64,000 nucleotides of DNA from Haliotis rubra (taxonomy: Eukaryota). Location of the stretch: NCBI RefSeq assembly GCF_003918875.1, contig NW_025767008.1:124001-188000 (forward strand), given 5' to 3'. Under the pieces are notes generated by a model. It worked only from the letters and a program-made list of their open reading frames with translations, was not told the DNA's origin and ran no database searches. Positions 1 to 12,152 of the stretch are shown one piece after another. Position numbers and translations under genes: made by a program. Every line of letters begins with the position of its first letter. Positions within the stretch are counted from its first letter, which is position 1.

Positions 1-172
1 TATAACCTTATTGATAGGGTACGAGATGTCTTGCAGGGTGTGGATTCGGAATAAAGACGAGTGGTGACGAATGGATTGTCAACAGAGATGTGCGTCAGTA
101 GAGATGTGCGTCAGTCAGATTTCATTGCTTTTACTTCCATTAGTGTGAGCTTGTCGCAGAAACTCATTCACA

Positions 173-337
173 GGGGTCGGTGGGGTGCCTAGTGGTTGAA
201 GCGTTCGCTCGTCACGCCGAAGACCATGGTTCGATTCCACACATGGGTACAATGTGTGAAGCCCATTTCTGGTGTCCCACGCCGTGATATTGCTGGAATA
301 TTGCTAAGAGCGGTGTAAAACCATACTCACTAACTCA
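173..337 (+). mobile_element. tRNA-derived SINE (family A)
   Basis: A-box-like TGGGGTGCCTAGTGG, B-box GGTTCGATTCC, body ATGGGTACAATGTGTGAAGCCCATTTCTGG, tail GCTGGAATATTGCT..GCGG.GTAAAAC(CACT)n; TCATTCACA on both sides as a likely TSD. Confidence 0.85.
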
Positions 338-1393
338 ATCATTCACACACACAAACACACATAGACGCACTCATGCTCACACACACATTCACAGACATAA
401 CGTGCACTCACACACTCATTTCTTTGTTGAGTCGATATTTTCCGCTTTCGGCTTTCTTATTAAGACTGATTATGTTTAAAAAATGATGGAATTATGCTTT
501 CAGTGACATTCTTGAAAACAAAAATTCTGTCTTGTGAACGTTCCCCGGAGTTTCACAGCCGCTATCTGCCTTTAGACGTAAATATACAGCTTCATCGCCG
601 GTGATAACATTCTCTAATTTTGAACTGAAAAGATTTCGTTCTGGCAAATTTCATTCTGCCAGTAAAAGGTAGTGTATGGGTAAAATATTTAATAATCGCT
701 GAAAATCGGCGATGGCACAAGCTGTTCGAGAAAAGGATAAGCATTTCCAGCCCCAACTGTTGTACTCAACATTTACTCTGTTTGCATAAAGCATGAGTGA
801 GTTAATACTGTAATACACCTTGGTACACAACACCAGCATCATCACTCGCCGGGAATACTTTGGAGAATTGCTGCGGCGGTGTACAGCAATATCTATTCAA
901 TCATTCAGCGTCATTAACAAGTGCTTTTCGTTAAAGACGGTACACTTCCTATAATCTTCATCGTACAATTCAAGGATCTCTGAAGGGAATATCTTCAGAA
1001 TTTATGGCATCTCATGTTCATGTTCCACAAAGAGATCTTGACGCTAAGACCATCACAACGCCCATACTTTAACATGGAGTAAAGGAACTCGTAGATTAAA
1101 ATCACCTGGCATCCACAGCCGGTTAAATATAATGGCTTAGACCCGACCACGACAGATGCCTTGGTGGAAGCGCTTGCCACGCCAATGTCTGTAGACAAAG
1201 GTACAGACATACCTTTCAGCGATCATGAGAAGACAATTGTGTTCTGATCACCATGAACCGGATGAAGCGTTATTCAACACTTGCGAGATCGCTGGTCATT
1301 AAAACGAAGCTACATCTAGCAGTAGACATGAGGCAGGTGAAACCGATATACATCACGCATTGTTAATTTAATCCGGCAAACTTCGTCCCAATA

Positions 1394-1545
1394 GGGGTGA
1401 GGTTATGTCCTTAACCGTTGACTTGGTTACCGTTGACTTGTCACCCGAAGGGCCGGGTTCGATTCCCAAAGAAAGTACAATGTGTGAAGCTCATTTCTGG
1501 TTTCTCCCGCCATATTATTACAGGGTGGTTGTTAATCGTAAAGCC
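1394..1545 (+). mobile_element. Degenerate family A SINE
   Basis: GGGTTCGATTCCC...GTACAATGTGTGAAGCTCATTTCTGG matches family A. Confidence 0.7.
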
Positions 1546-1659
1546 ATCGTTACTTCTCCCCAAGAGACTTATACAGTTCCTGATGGGGCCCTCTACCGTA
1601 AAAAAAGTTCGCTTCATCGTTTTTTATGTATCTGTGACTGCGCACTTATGTTTTAGTTG

Positions 1660-1935
1660 CCCGGGAGACTCGTTTTACAGCTGACCGTCGTAGGATGAGG
1701 ACGGGGGTGGAGATGTGATTGGCGTTCATGTCGTCACCTTCGCAGATGCAGCCGTTTGTTGTCATCATCGTATGTCGGGAGCTGATCAGGGGTTCATCAT
1801 GGGTGTCTGGCAATCGGGCTGATGGTGAAGTGCCGTGCTTGAAGTGTTCAATCATTATCTGCCTTGACAGTCCGTTCGTCATATGAGCAAAATATTCTCA
1901 AGCACGACGTTAAACCCAATTTCACCTCACCTCAC
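1660..1935 (+). mobile_element. Probable SINE/LINE-tail fragment of another family
   Basis: Ends in AAAATATTCTCAAGCACGACGTTAAACCCAATTT(CACCT)n, a variant of the shared SINE tail. The 5' boundary is uncertain. Confidence 0.4.
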
Positions 1936-2299
1936 ATTGACAGTCCGTACACCACAGAGCCCGTTGTAAAGGTACATGTTCGACATCCTCCGTTATAACT
2001 GATGGTGTTAGAGGTTCGGACCAGAAACACTGCCGTTCATCTGAACAAAATACCTACGAGGATAGTTCGATAGGGAGATGCTAGGTTATATGAGACCGTT
2101 CCTTTATGCTCTTTTATCAGTTATAGCGCATGTCTATTTTACAATTGCAACAAAAAGTAAAACAGCCCTTTCCGGGAAGCTGCGTCCGGATGTTCCAATA
2201 TTGCGTGGTTTTGGTTTGTCAACCCGATTCATCATTAGTACCCCTTCATGTAAGATATATTCCTACGTTTTCATAATAATGCAGCACCTGTTGCTGCAA

Positions 2300-2420
2300 C
2301 TACACATTACTACTACGTCTAATACTACTTCTTCCACTACTACTACTACTACTTCTACTACTACTACTACTACTACTACTCCTACTACTACTTCTACTAC
2401 TACTACTATTACTACTACCA
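2300..2420. repeat. (CTA)n microsatellite
   Basis: Seen directly. Confidence 0.9.
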
Positions 2421-2660
2421 GACCCGTGAAGGTCCGGGTTAGAATGAACCTTCAGTAGCCCCTGTTTGTGGTAAGAGGCGACTAACGGGATCGGGTGGTC
2501 AGGCTCGCTGGCTTGATTGACACGTCATCGGTGCCCCATTGCGCAGATCGATGCTCAGGCTGTTGATCACTGGATTGTCTGGTCCAGACTCGATTATTTA
2601 CAGAGCGCTGTCATGTAGCTAGTAGTGAGTGCGGCGTAAAAGCTAGTAGTGAGTGAGTGA
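2421..2660 (+). mobile_element. Family B SINE-like element (no tRNA head)
   Basis: Starts GACCCGTGAAGGTCCGGGTTAGAAT, then TAAGAGGCGACTAACGGGATCGGGTGGTCAGGCTCGCTG, CAGATCGATGCTCA, TCTGGTCCAGACTCGATTATTTACAGA and a GCGGCGTAAAA tail. Confidence 0.85.
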
Positions 2661-2826
2661 GTGAGTGAGTTTAGTTTTACGCCGCTACTACTATTGCCAG
2701 CGCTGCTGCTACCGTGACTATTTTTACTGTTGTTGCTATAACTGCTACTACTACCGGTATTGCTTCTTCATCTAGTACTGCTGCAACTTCCACGACAACT
2801 ACTATTTCTACTACTGCTGCACTTAC

Positions 2827-2938
2827 CTCGAGAACAGGTCGATGTTGAAGAAGACGTATTCGCCATTGTCGAAGTTGAGCTCATGCGCCTTGATCATTAT
2901 CTCCCTCACGGAGTCAGGGGAAGCGCACAGCACGATGA
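2827..2938 (-). CDS. Second coding exon (112 nt) of the same NPR-like receptor
   Basis: Minus strand reads ...ttcttggtttcAG|TC ATC GTG CTG TGC GCT TCC CCT GAC TCC GTG AGG GAG ATA ATG ATC AAG GCG CAT GAG CTC AAC TTC GAC AAT GGC GAA TAC GTC TTC TTC AAC ATC GAC CTG TTC TCG AG|GTAAGT. The phase-1 join with exon 1 gives ...AAKNAR-IIVLCASPDSVREIMIKAHELNFDNGEYVFFNIDLFS, the expected NPR continuation. Confidence 0.93.
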
Positions 2939-2949
2939 CTGAAACCAAG

Positions 2950-4796
2950 AACAGACCATACAGAACCAGTCAATCTACACACAACCTGACATAGCTACAA
3001 CCTTACGTTAAGTAAACAGACAATACAAAACCAATCTACACACAACCTGACACAGCTACAACCTTACGTTGAGTAAACAGACCATACAGAACCAGTCAAT
3101 CTACACACAACCTGACACAGCTACAACCTTACGTTGAGTAAACAGACAATACAGAACCAGTCAATCTACACACAACCTGACACAGCTACAACCTTACGTT
3201 GAGTAAACAGACAATACAGAACCAGTCAATCTACACACAACCTGACACAGCTACAACCTTACGTTGAGTAAACAGACCATACAGAACCAGTCAATCTACA
3301 CACAACCTGACACAGCTACAACCTTACGTTGAGTAAACAGACCATACAGAACCAGTCAATCTACACAACAACCTGACACAGCTACAACCTTACGTTGAGT
3401 AAACAGACAATACAGAACCAGTCAATCTACACACAACCTGACACAGCTACAACCTTACGTTGAGTAAACAGACCATACAGAACCAGTCAATCTACACACA
3501 ACCTGACATAGCTACAACCTTACGTTGAGTAAAAACAGACCATACAGAACCAGTCAATCTACATACAACCTGACACAGCTACAACCTTACGTTGAGTAAA
3601 CAGACAATACAGAACCAGTCAATCTACATCAATAAACCTGACAAAGCTACAACCTTACGTTGAGTAAACAGACCATACAGAACCAGTCAATCTACACACA
3701 ACATGACACAGATACAACCTTACGTTGAGTAAACAGACCATACAGAACCAGTCAATCTACACACAACCTGACACAGCTACAACCTTACGTTGAGTAAACA
3801 GACCATACAGAACCAGTCAATCAATCTAATAATAACCTGACATAGCTACAACCTTACGTTGAGTAAACAGACAATACAGAACCAGTCAATCTACACACAA
3901 CCTGACATAGCTACAACCTTACGTTGAGTAAACAGACAATACAGAACCAGTCAATCTACACACAACCTGACAAAGCTACAACCTTACGTTGAGTAAACAG
4001 ACCATACAGAACCAGTCAATCTACACACAACATGACACAGATACAACCTTACGTTGAGTAAACAGACCATACAGAACCAGTCAATCTACACACAACCTGA
4101 CACAGCTACAACCTTACGTTGAGTAAACAGACCATACAGAACCAGTCAATCTACACACAACCTGACATAGCTACAACCTTACGTTGAGTAAACAGACAAT
4201 ACAGAACCAGTCAATCTACACACAACCTGACATAGCTACAACCTTACGTTGAGTAAACAGACAATACAGAACCAGTCAATCTACATACAACCTGACATAG
4301 CTACAACCTTACGTTGGGAAAAAAACAGACCATACAGCAGAACCAGTCAATCTACACACAACCTGACACAGCTACAACCTTACGTTGGGAAAAAAACAGA
4401 CCATACAGAACCAGTCAATCTACACACAACCTGACACAGCTACAACCTTACGTTGGGAAAAAAACAGACCATACAGCAGAACCAGTCAATCTACACACAA
4501 CCTGACACAGCTACAACCTTACGTTGGGAAAAAAACAGACCATACAGAACCAGTCAATCTACACACAACCTGACACAGCTACAACCTTACGTTGAGTAAA
4601 CAGACCATACAGAACCAGTCAATCTACACACAACCTGACACAGATACAACCTTACGTTGAGTAAACAGACCATACAGAACCAGTCAATCTACACACAACA
4701 TGACATAGCTACAACCTTACGTTGAGTAAACAGACCATACAGAACATGTCAATCTACACACAACCTGACATAGCAACAACCTTACGTTGAGTAAAC
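2950..4796. repeat. Minisatellite, ~65-bp unit, ~28 copies
   Basis: Unit ACAGACCATACAGAACCAGTCAATCTACACACAACCTGACACAGCTACAACCTTACGTTGAGTAA; period 65 (3061 to 3126). Confidence 0.97.
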
Positions 4797-4824
4797 TGCG
4801 TCCATATATTTGCTGGAGGCAATA

Positions 4825-4945
4825 TGTAAAATGACTGAATGTTTCATCTGATGACTAAAACTCCAAAACGTCGTGTTCCTCAAAATAAAGACATCCATAA
4901 ATTCTCGATTTTATGTGTATCACTTTTAAATGCTGTTAAAAGACA
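4825..4945 (+). mobile_element. Degenerate Penelope-like element terminus with a decayed hammerhead
   Basis: TTCATCTGATGA...AAACGTCGTGT...AATAAAGA.CATCCATA...CACTTTTAAATGC is colinear with the Penelope end at 14937-15045. Stem II is broken. Confidence 0.5.
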
Positions 4946-5989
4946 GTTTCAGAGTTCACAAACGCTAACTATTTCAGTTACAAAGAAACGACAACGACCA
5001 CATTAAGTTTATAGTAAAGAATCACAAATATGCTGAGGCTGAATTTCTTCACGAAGTGACTTTTTATAAATGGATTGAAACAAATCCTGAATAAGTCAAC
5101 GTATATTTTGAAGCTTTTATAAACATAACTACTGCATTGTTTCTAACCAGTTTTGAACTTATGAATGCTCTTCAGTCAGTTGTAAAAGGTCTGACATATT
5201 CAGGTGAACATCCCTGGTACCTGACAGCTGACGGGTTGGCTGTAACTATAGCAACACACAGCAGGACATACTACGAAGGATAAATAGCAGCAACCAGCTG
5301 ACAGGCTGTCAAGACAGTTCACCATGACATGTGAGAGTCAGTGGGTCTTCAGGATAATGCCCCAGAATTGTAACGACGAGGCGGTTCCATCAAGATTTGT
5401 CACTTTATCATTGAGTAAGTCACTTGGCTGGCAACATATGTCAACGGGCATTGCTTGACGATTTGATTACGGTAGGTTAGGGGAAAGCCTGAAAATTGCC
5501 TTATTCACATTTCAAGTGTCCATACAGACATGTTTCTGGTAGTCAAGGTCAGACAGATTGCAGGTCAAGGTCACGGAAGTGACTTTGCTCTAGATCTAGT
5601 TCACACAGTGATCGATGGGCGTGGTTATAAAATCTGTTAGCGTCGACGTTACATATGTGAATATTTAATGGTGGTTATGTGACATCTACATTTTTAATCT
5701 TGGTCAGCAGTATACATTTTCATTAAAAAATGAATATAGTGAATTGTCCGTCGATAGGTATATCGCGGTAAATAAAACTGATATGTGTCAGTATTATTTA
5801 CCGCCAAATACCTATCAGTTATTCGATGGTGATGTATTGTATACGTCCATTACAAAACAATAACACTTGTCGTGTTCGCCGGCTATTACATAATTGGTAG
5901 ATATGTAAAAGATAAGTACAAAACAATACCCAGTCTTGACTATCCTCAGACACAAATTCCAATCAGTAAAAAGGGTAAAAAATGCCAGT

Positions 5990-6490
5990 TAATAATAATA
6001 ATGAGAATATTTATAACGCGCCTTTTCCAGGCTAGATATCCTGCTCAAAGCGCACATTCACTGATTATTACCCCGGATAACCCAAGCTGTCTGCTAGGCG
6101 CTAGAAGGTTAATAGTCTTATGACTTATTTCACCGGTTACCCATTTCCTGCTGGGTGAACAGAGGCAATTTGAAGGTTATAGTCACATGACTTTATCCAA
6201 CCGGGTACCCATTTTCTGCTGGGTTTTCTGAGAGTTTCTAGGACTTCAGTCCCGCCCCACAACGAAGCACATGTGATGCATGTGGTCTCACCTTAGGCAA
6301 GTGAGTTTGTTCAAATTGCCTCTGTTCACCCAGCAGAAAATGGGTACTCGGTTGGATAAAGTCATGTGACTATAACCTTCTAGCGCCTAACAGGCAGCTT
6401 GGGTTATCCGGGGTAATAAGAATCAGATTCTGATTAAGCGCCGCGAGCAATCACTTGGTGTTTAGAGATTGTGCGCTATAGAAGATGACT
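5990..6490. mobile_element. Two head-to-head CORE-like SINE copies (minus ~5990-6225, plus ~6230-6490)
   Basis: The plus copy has CCTTAGGCAAGT...TTGCCTCTGTTCACCCAGCAGAAAATGGGTAC (CORE/MIR-like) and an AAGCGC...TGCGCTATAGAA L2-like tail. Its reverse complement lies at 6060-6225 with an internal partial duplication. Confidence 0.7.
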
Positions 6491-7729
6491 TCTAACGTGC
6501 CTTGCCATTTACATGAATAGAAATGATTTGTCTTTTAGCCATATATTCCTCACACATAAATGTCGTTTTCTGATTGCTTAACCATTCAATGTACCCTGCT
6601 AACAAGCGAGTAACATTTTCTACGTTATCCGCTAGAATGCCGAATTGTGGGAATTCGCTTGGTACTTCGTGTTAGTAGTGTTTGGGCTGTTGCCTAGCTC
6701 CGGTACTCCTTATTATGATCCAATACCCGTGCTTCAAACAGTTTAAAATTAATATTGAGGTATTTGGTAAGATAAATACGTTGTTCACTGGTCCCTCGGG
6801 GCCCGTGTCAACCCATGTCCCCCTCGTGACCAGTGAACTACTTATAATATACATATCTCTTCTGTCAGTCATACAACCCCCAGACACTCGGACAATGCTA
6901 GCTCGTACCAGAAAGTTTGATGTTTCCATAGCGGTTTGCATGGTACTGACATAGGACATTCAGTGGAAAGATCATGGCGTCTTCAGAGTCGTTAGTTAAA
7001 GTGCCATTCAGTTTGTAATGGAAACCCCTGGCAAAGACATTAAGGATTTAATTATTTCCTGTATTTTATGAACTGGTAATTGTAGATGAGGCCACGTTAA
7101 ACTCACTTCCGTCCCCCTATAGAAACACATTTGTGATCGAAGATGGATTGAAACTTTTATTGATCTCACAATCCGTCGTCGTCTCCTGGCCTTAAGAAAA
7201 CACATGGTCGTGAGGCGACAGCATGTTACAGACACGTCGACAACGCCGCCTCACCCCAACCATGGCGCACAACGTCGGTGATGTTTGGCAGCATCAAGGA
7301 CGTCGCAGGAAGCCTCGCGTGTTTATGTCCCAGGCGATGGGGATTTTAATATCAAATCATTTTCTAGTTCAAACACATTTCTTTAAAAAAATGTATGAAT
7401 TTCCTTTACGTCTCTTTTAATGCCTCAAAAGTAATAATCTTTGAGTCAAAGGATCCAGTAGAAAATGAATGTGTTTAGAAAATAGACGTTTTATTGGTGA
7501 GACTTTAACAGTCTTTGACAGACAGATGTGAGGTTTGTTAAGTCAGTTTGGGACTGATGTGTAGTATCAAACTGGGATTATATGGGAAGTACTGTGCATT
7601 ATCTCGTCAAGGTGGGTGATGCGACAGAAGCAGCGGTTAACTGATGATACAGGGGACGTGATTGGTAAACGGACAGAGAAGATGCAGATGGACGTCTTGC
7701 CATGGGTTGTCACTAAGTCTCGTTTCCTC

Positions 7730-8245
7730 TTTTCCACCTATCTCTTCCATCCCTTTATCGCCTCTTACCCTCTCTCTATCCTCCTTCTCATGTATCCTCT
7801 TCTTACCTTAAGATTCTAATCTCCCTCAAACTGAAGGCATCTCTCTCACACACACTCTCCCTTTCTCTCCTCCCTCCCTCTCTCTCACCTCTCTCCCACT
7901 CTATTCTCTCTGCCTCTCTCCCCCCTCCCTTTCGCTCTCTCTTTCCCCGCTCTCCCTCTCTCCTCCTTTCTCTCGCTTCTTCTCTCTTCCTCAAATTTCC
8001 CTTTGCCAGTATCTCTACCCTCGTCCGTCTCTCACTCCTCTCTCTCACTCAGTTTTCACTTTCTATCTTTCTTCTCCTGTCCCACTCAAATCTCGCTATC
8101 ACTCTCCTCTCGCTTTCTCTCTATCCATCTATCTTCTCATCTCTTACTCACATTACTGCTATTACCACTACGTCTACGACTACTGCTACAACTACAACGA
8201 ATGATGCTGCTATTACTACTACCTCTTCTTCTTATTACTACTTAA
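7730..8245. repeat. CT-rich low-complexity tract followed by a (CTA)-rich tract
   Basis: Seen directly. Confidence 0.85.
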
Positions 8246-9499
8246 TACTACTGTTGTTCCCGCTGTTGTATTGCTATACGTTTGAACGTGACCAACGAGA
8301 ACGAGATAAGTACCAGGAAGTTTACAAAATAATAATATTTAAAGACCAAACATCTACGATAACTATGTCGATCCTTTCACATTGCCCTGTGGTATATCCA
8401 GATGTCCGTGTGGCCTGCGTTATAACGGGGACGTCGTGTGTTTTCTACAGAGGACTCATTCTAGTTGTTACACAAAATACTAGCTGTCTTTAAACGATGA
8501 AAAACTAGATAATAATTCTCAACATTGAATTCTTAGCCGGTGACTACAAACAGAAACACTTTTATCTAACTTTTCTCCTTAACTAAACTTTTAAATTCTA
8601 CCCCCTACAAACAGTACGCCACAGTCGTTCAATACCATGGAGACGAAGGGAGATAACCCTTCACCTGACCTGCCAGTAAAAATTAGATTATTCGATGATT
8701 GATGCCTGCGTTAATTCCCTTACAGCGACCGTGTGACATCGATCTGATATCGTGGTAATAGATTCTCTAATCTCAGAGACTCTATTGGGTTCACTCGTTT
8801 GTCCCCGTGACGGTAATCGCTTTATTTAACTCGCATGACAAAGGTTCGCAAGATCACTTGTTAGTTCTGTATTTTCTTTACCTCTTCAGAGCTAGGAGCA
8901 TATGAGCTATGTCTTCCCCGACATGCGGGAACAGCCTGTTGATTTAGCTAGGACAACACTGAGGCTTTCAGTCCGCAATGATGTATAGATCGACTTATCG
9001 TATACACAAACAGTAGGCCGGTATCAGCCAGTACGATGTTATGGCGTAACAAAGTGGGTTAACCAGATTACGGTAGTATATGAGAGGTATGCGTGTGTAT
9101 ACCCGTCAGAACCAATGGCAGTTTTACAGCGTTACCCCTTTGAGATACAGTTCCGCAGGTAACATACATGCCCCATTCAAACAAACTATACCGACCCCTA
9201 GTCAACCAGTGCTTGGTTCAACCCCGTTAGGGTTCATCTAAATACATGGGTCGTGCATGCGTGTGTGTCTCCCCTGTATTGTATTGTAGTTCTGTAGTGC
9301 CAGACATTTGACTTACCTATAGTTAACGTGCATGCTCCATTCAGAGTCGCTGCATTGATCCTTAGTCGACCGGTACTTATTTTATTCCGTTTAATGCCGA
9401 TCTAAATATTTCCGTCCTGCACGCGTGTCTGTCTCCTTGCATTGTATTGTCGGTACTGTAGTCCTATCCTTCTAAGCTACATTCGGACAAACGAAACAG

Positions 9500-10123
9500 A
9501 CCCCTTCTCGACTAGTTTTTCTTTTTTCCTCACCCCTAGTAGGCTAGTTCTTCTTTTATCCTGACCCCTAGTCGACCAGTCCTTGTCTTATACTGACCCT
9601 TAGCCGACCAATCCTAGTCTTATACTGACCCCTAGTCGACTAGTCCTTGTCTTATACTGACCCTAGTCGACCAGTCCTTGTCTTATACTGACCCTAGTAG
9701 ACTAGTTCTTGTCTGATACTAACCCCTAGTCGACCAGAACCTGCCTTATACTGACTCCTAGTCGATCAGTTCTTGACTTATACTGACCTTAGTCGACTAG
9801 TTCTTGTCTTATATTGACCCTAGGCGACTAGTTCTTGTTTTATACTGACCCCTAGTCGACCAGTCCTTGTCTTATCCTGACCCCTAGTCGGCCAGAACTT
9901 GTCTTATACTGACCCTAGTCGACTAGTTCTTGTCTTATACTGACCCTAGTCGACTAGTCCTTGTCTTATCCTGACCCCTAGTCGGCCAGAACTTGTCTTA
10001 TACTGACCCTAGTCGACTAGTTCTTGTCTTATACTGACGCTTGTCGACTAGTTCTTGTCTTATACTGACCCTAGTCGACTAGTTCTTGTTTTATACTGAC
10101 CCGTCGACTAGTCCTTGTCTTAT
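9500..10123. repeat. Minisatellite, 31-32-bp unit with internal palindrome CTAGTCGACTAG, ~19 copies
   Basis: Unit CCCTAGTCGACTAGTTCTTGTCTTATACTGA; period 31 (9661 to 9692). Confidence 0.95.
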
Positions 10124-10136
10124 CTCACTCATAGCT

Positions 10137-10298
10137 GGGGGCGGTGGGGTAGTCTAGTGGTTAAAGCGTTTGCTCGTCACAACGAAGGCCCGGGTTCGAT
10201 TCCCCACATGGGTACAATGTGTTAAGCCCATTTCTGGTGTCACCCGCCGTGATATTGCTGGAATATTGCTAAAAGCGGCGTAAAACTAAACTCACTCA
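10137..10298 (+). mobile_element. Full-length family A tRNA-SINE with 14-bp TSD
   Basis: A and B boxes are intact. CTCACTCATAGCTG occurs at 10124-10137 and 10299-10312. Confidence 0.92.
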
Positions 10299-12152
10299 CT
10301 CACTCATAGCTGAGTGTCCTGCAGGCGTTTTTAAGTGCATTTACTAGTCTGGATTAAAGCCGATTAAATGGTACTAGCCATACTATGCTGAAGTTACAGC
10401 CACTTGAGTGTTAACATGGATGCTTCCACGATGAGTGAGTGGGTGAATATGGTTCACCGCCGCTTGTAGCAATGGTACGGCAGTGAGATGCCACAATTAT
10501 GCTTCACGCATATACTGAAAGATATTGAATCGATTCGTTGTCCAACTTAATTTTGAGCCCGGTTTGAATAGCCCAGTCCAGCCAGTTTTATTTCGAGTGA
10601 AATGATTTTGTGCCGAGTTTAACCAATGAAACGGGTTTGATGCCTCACCCACTATGAGTGAGTGAGATTTGTTCCGTCAGCACTCGACTGTACATGTCTA
10701 CATACGGCAACGCGACAACGGCCTCACACACAGTGATGCACGACTGTACATTTGACTGATAGATGAACCTCTGAACTCTCAAGCTAATTACAAGCAGTTA
10801 GGTTGTAGTTATTAGAACAGCCTCACTTGCTCTGATTGCCTGTAATGGTAGGTCTGGCGACACACCATCTCCTGCCGATTACCCTGATGATACAGAGACA
10901 ACGATTAACTCTCAGAGTCACTAATCACAGTGTCGGGGACAAACTACAGACAGTGGTGCCTACATCAAAAGAAGGTTAGTCTCAGAAAGCTAATGTGATG
11001 TACACAAATACAAAAATCTGATGTAAAATCCCTAGCAAAATCATTCCAGACGATTATGTTTTCAACCTATTTTCTAGGTTGCATCAAAATTGTTTATAAA
11101 GGCAATGTAAAAGAATCATTCCAGGTGAGTATTTCTTAAACTTGTTCTCTTGCGTCCAAGAGAAATCCTGAGGCCTCACTATAAGTTTCAAATACACGTC
11201 AATTGTATTTGTGCCCAAACACATGCACACGTACATGCACGTCTACATCAACATACACACATGCACGCACGCACGCACACGCACACACACACACACACAG
11301 AAACCGAGGTATTGCTTGTGCTAATTTATACTCCCCAGGGTAATCACTGTAAGGTCTCTGTGTGTCAGCGAGAAGGTGACATAACGGTAAATATGCACTC
11401 ATCTATTGGTGACGATCGCGTGCCTGGAGCCCAGAGCCGTAATTCAGGCACTGCAGGTAATTAGATTATAGTAAGCCGATTGGACCACGTGGATAGTTCA
11501 AAAAGAAGTCAGCCCAAAACGAGGCCATCGTAGAGCATGACGAAAAGAGCGTCAGCATCAGCGCCATATCGCTGACAGATGAGTGGTTTATGGAAGTATC
11601 ATTTAAGAGCTTCAGATCAGTGTGATAACGAAGCCTTGCTGTGTTGGAGACCGCCGCCTAGTATTGTCACACAGTAACTGAATTACATGACTTTTAAGAT
11701 AGAAGCTTCCATACATTCTCACGAGCAAGAGCAGTTTCCGCCGAGTTAGAGATGAAGACCAAACACCACTCCCCGAAAGGAACCTATAGGAGCTAAGGGA
11801 TTTAGAATGGTGATATAATTAATACCCTTGGCTATGGAAGATGATGTCACGTGCAGGGATTATTCATAAATTAATTATTTTTGTTTAATTTTAATTAAGT
11901 TTAAATTTACATCACGGGCGCGTGTGTCAGAGTAATTTATTATAAATCAGCATCATTTGGCAGTTACCTTTGATGACTTCTTGTTGGTGATTACAGTGAC
12001 CACTGCCCCGTGATGTCATTCAATACATCTTTATACAGTTTCCCTATGCCGACCATATGTTTGAATATGTAATCAACTTCAAATGAACAATTGCCTCCCC
12101 CCAGAGTTGAACGTACGTCGCCTTTATGTCATCATACTGAAATACCTCTTAA

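Noticed and set aside
1-2826. Third receptor exon
   Set aside because: No phase-compatible NPR-like exon was found; it presumably lies left of the window.
7140-7350. Possible third Tc1 fragment on the minus strand
   Set aside because: Only a vague Arg/Pro-rich resemblance, with no diagnostic motif or TIR.
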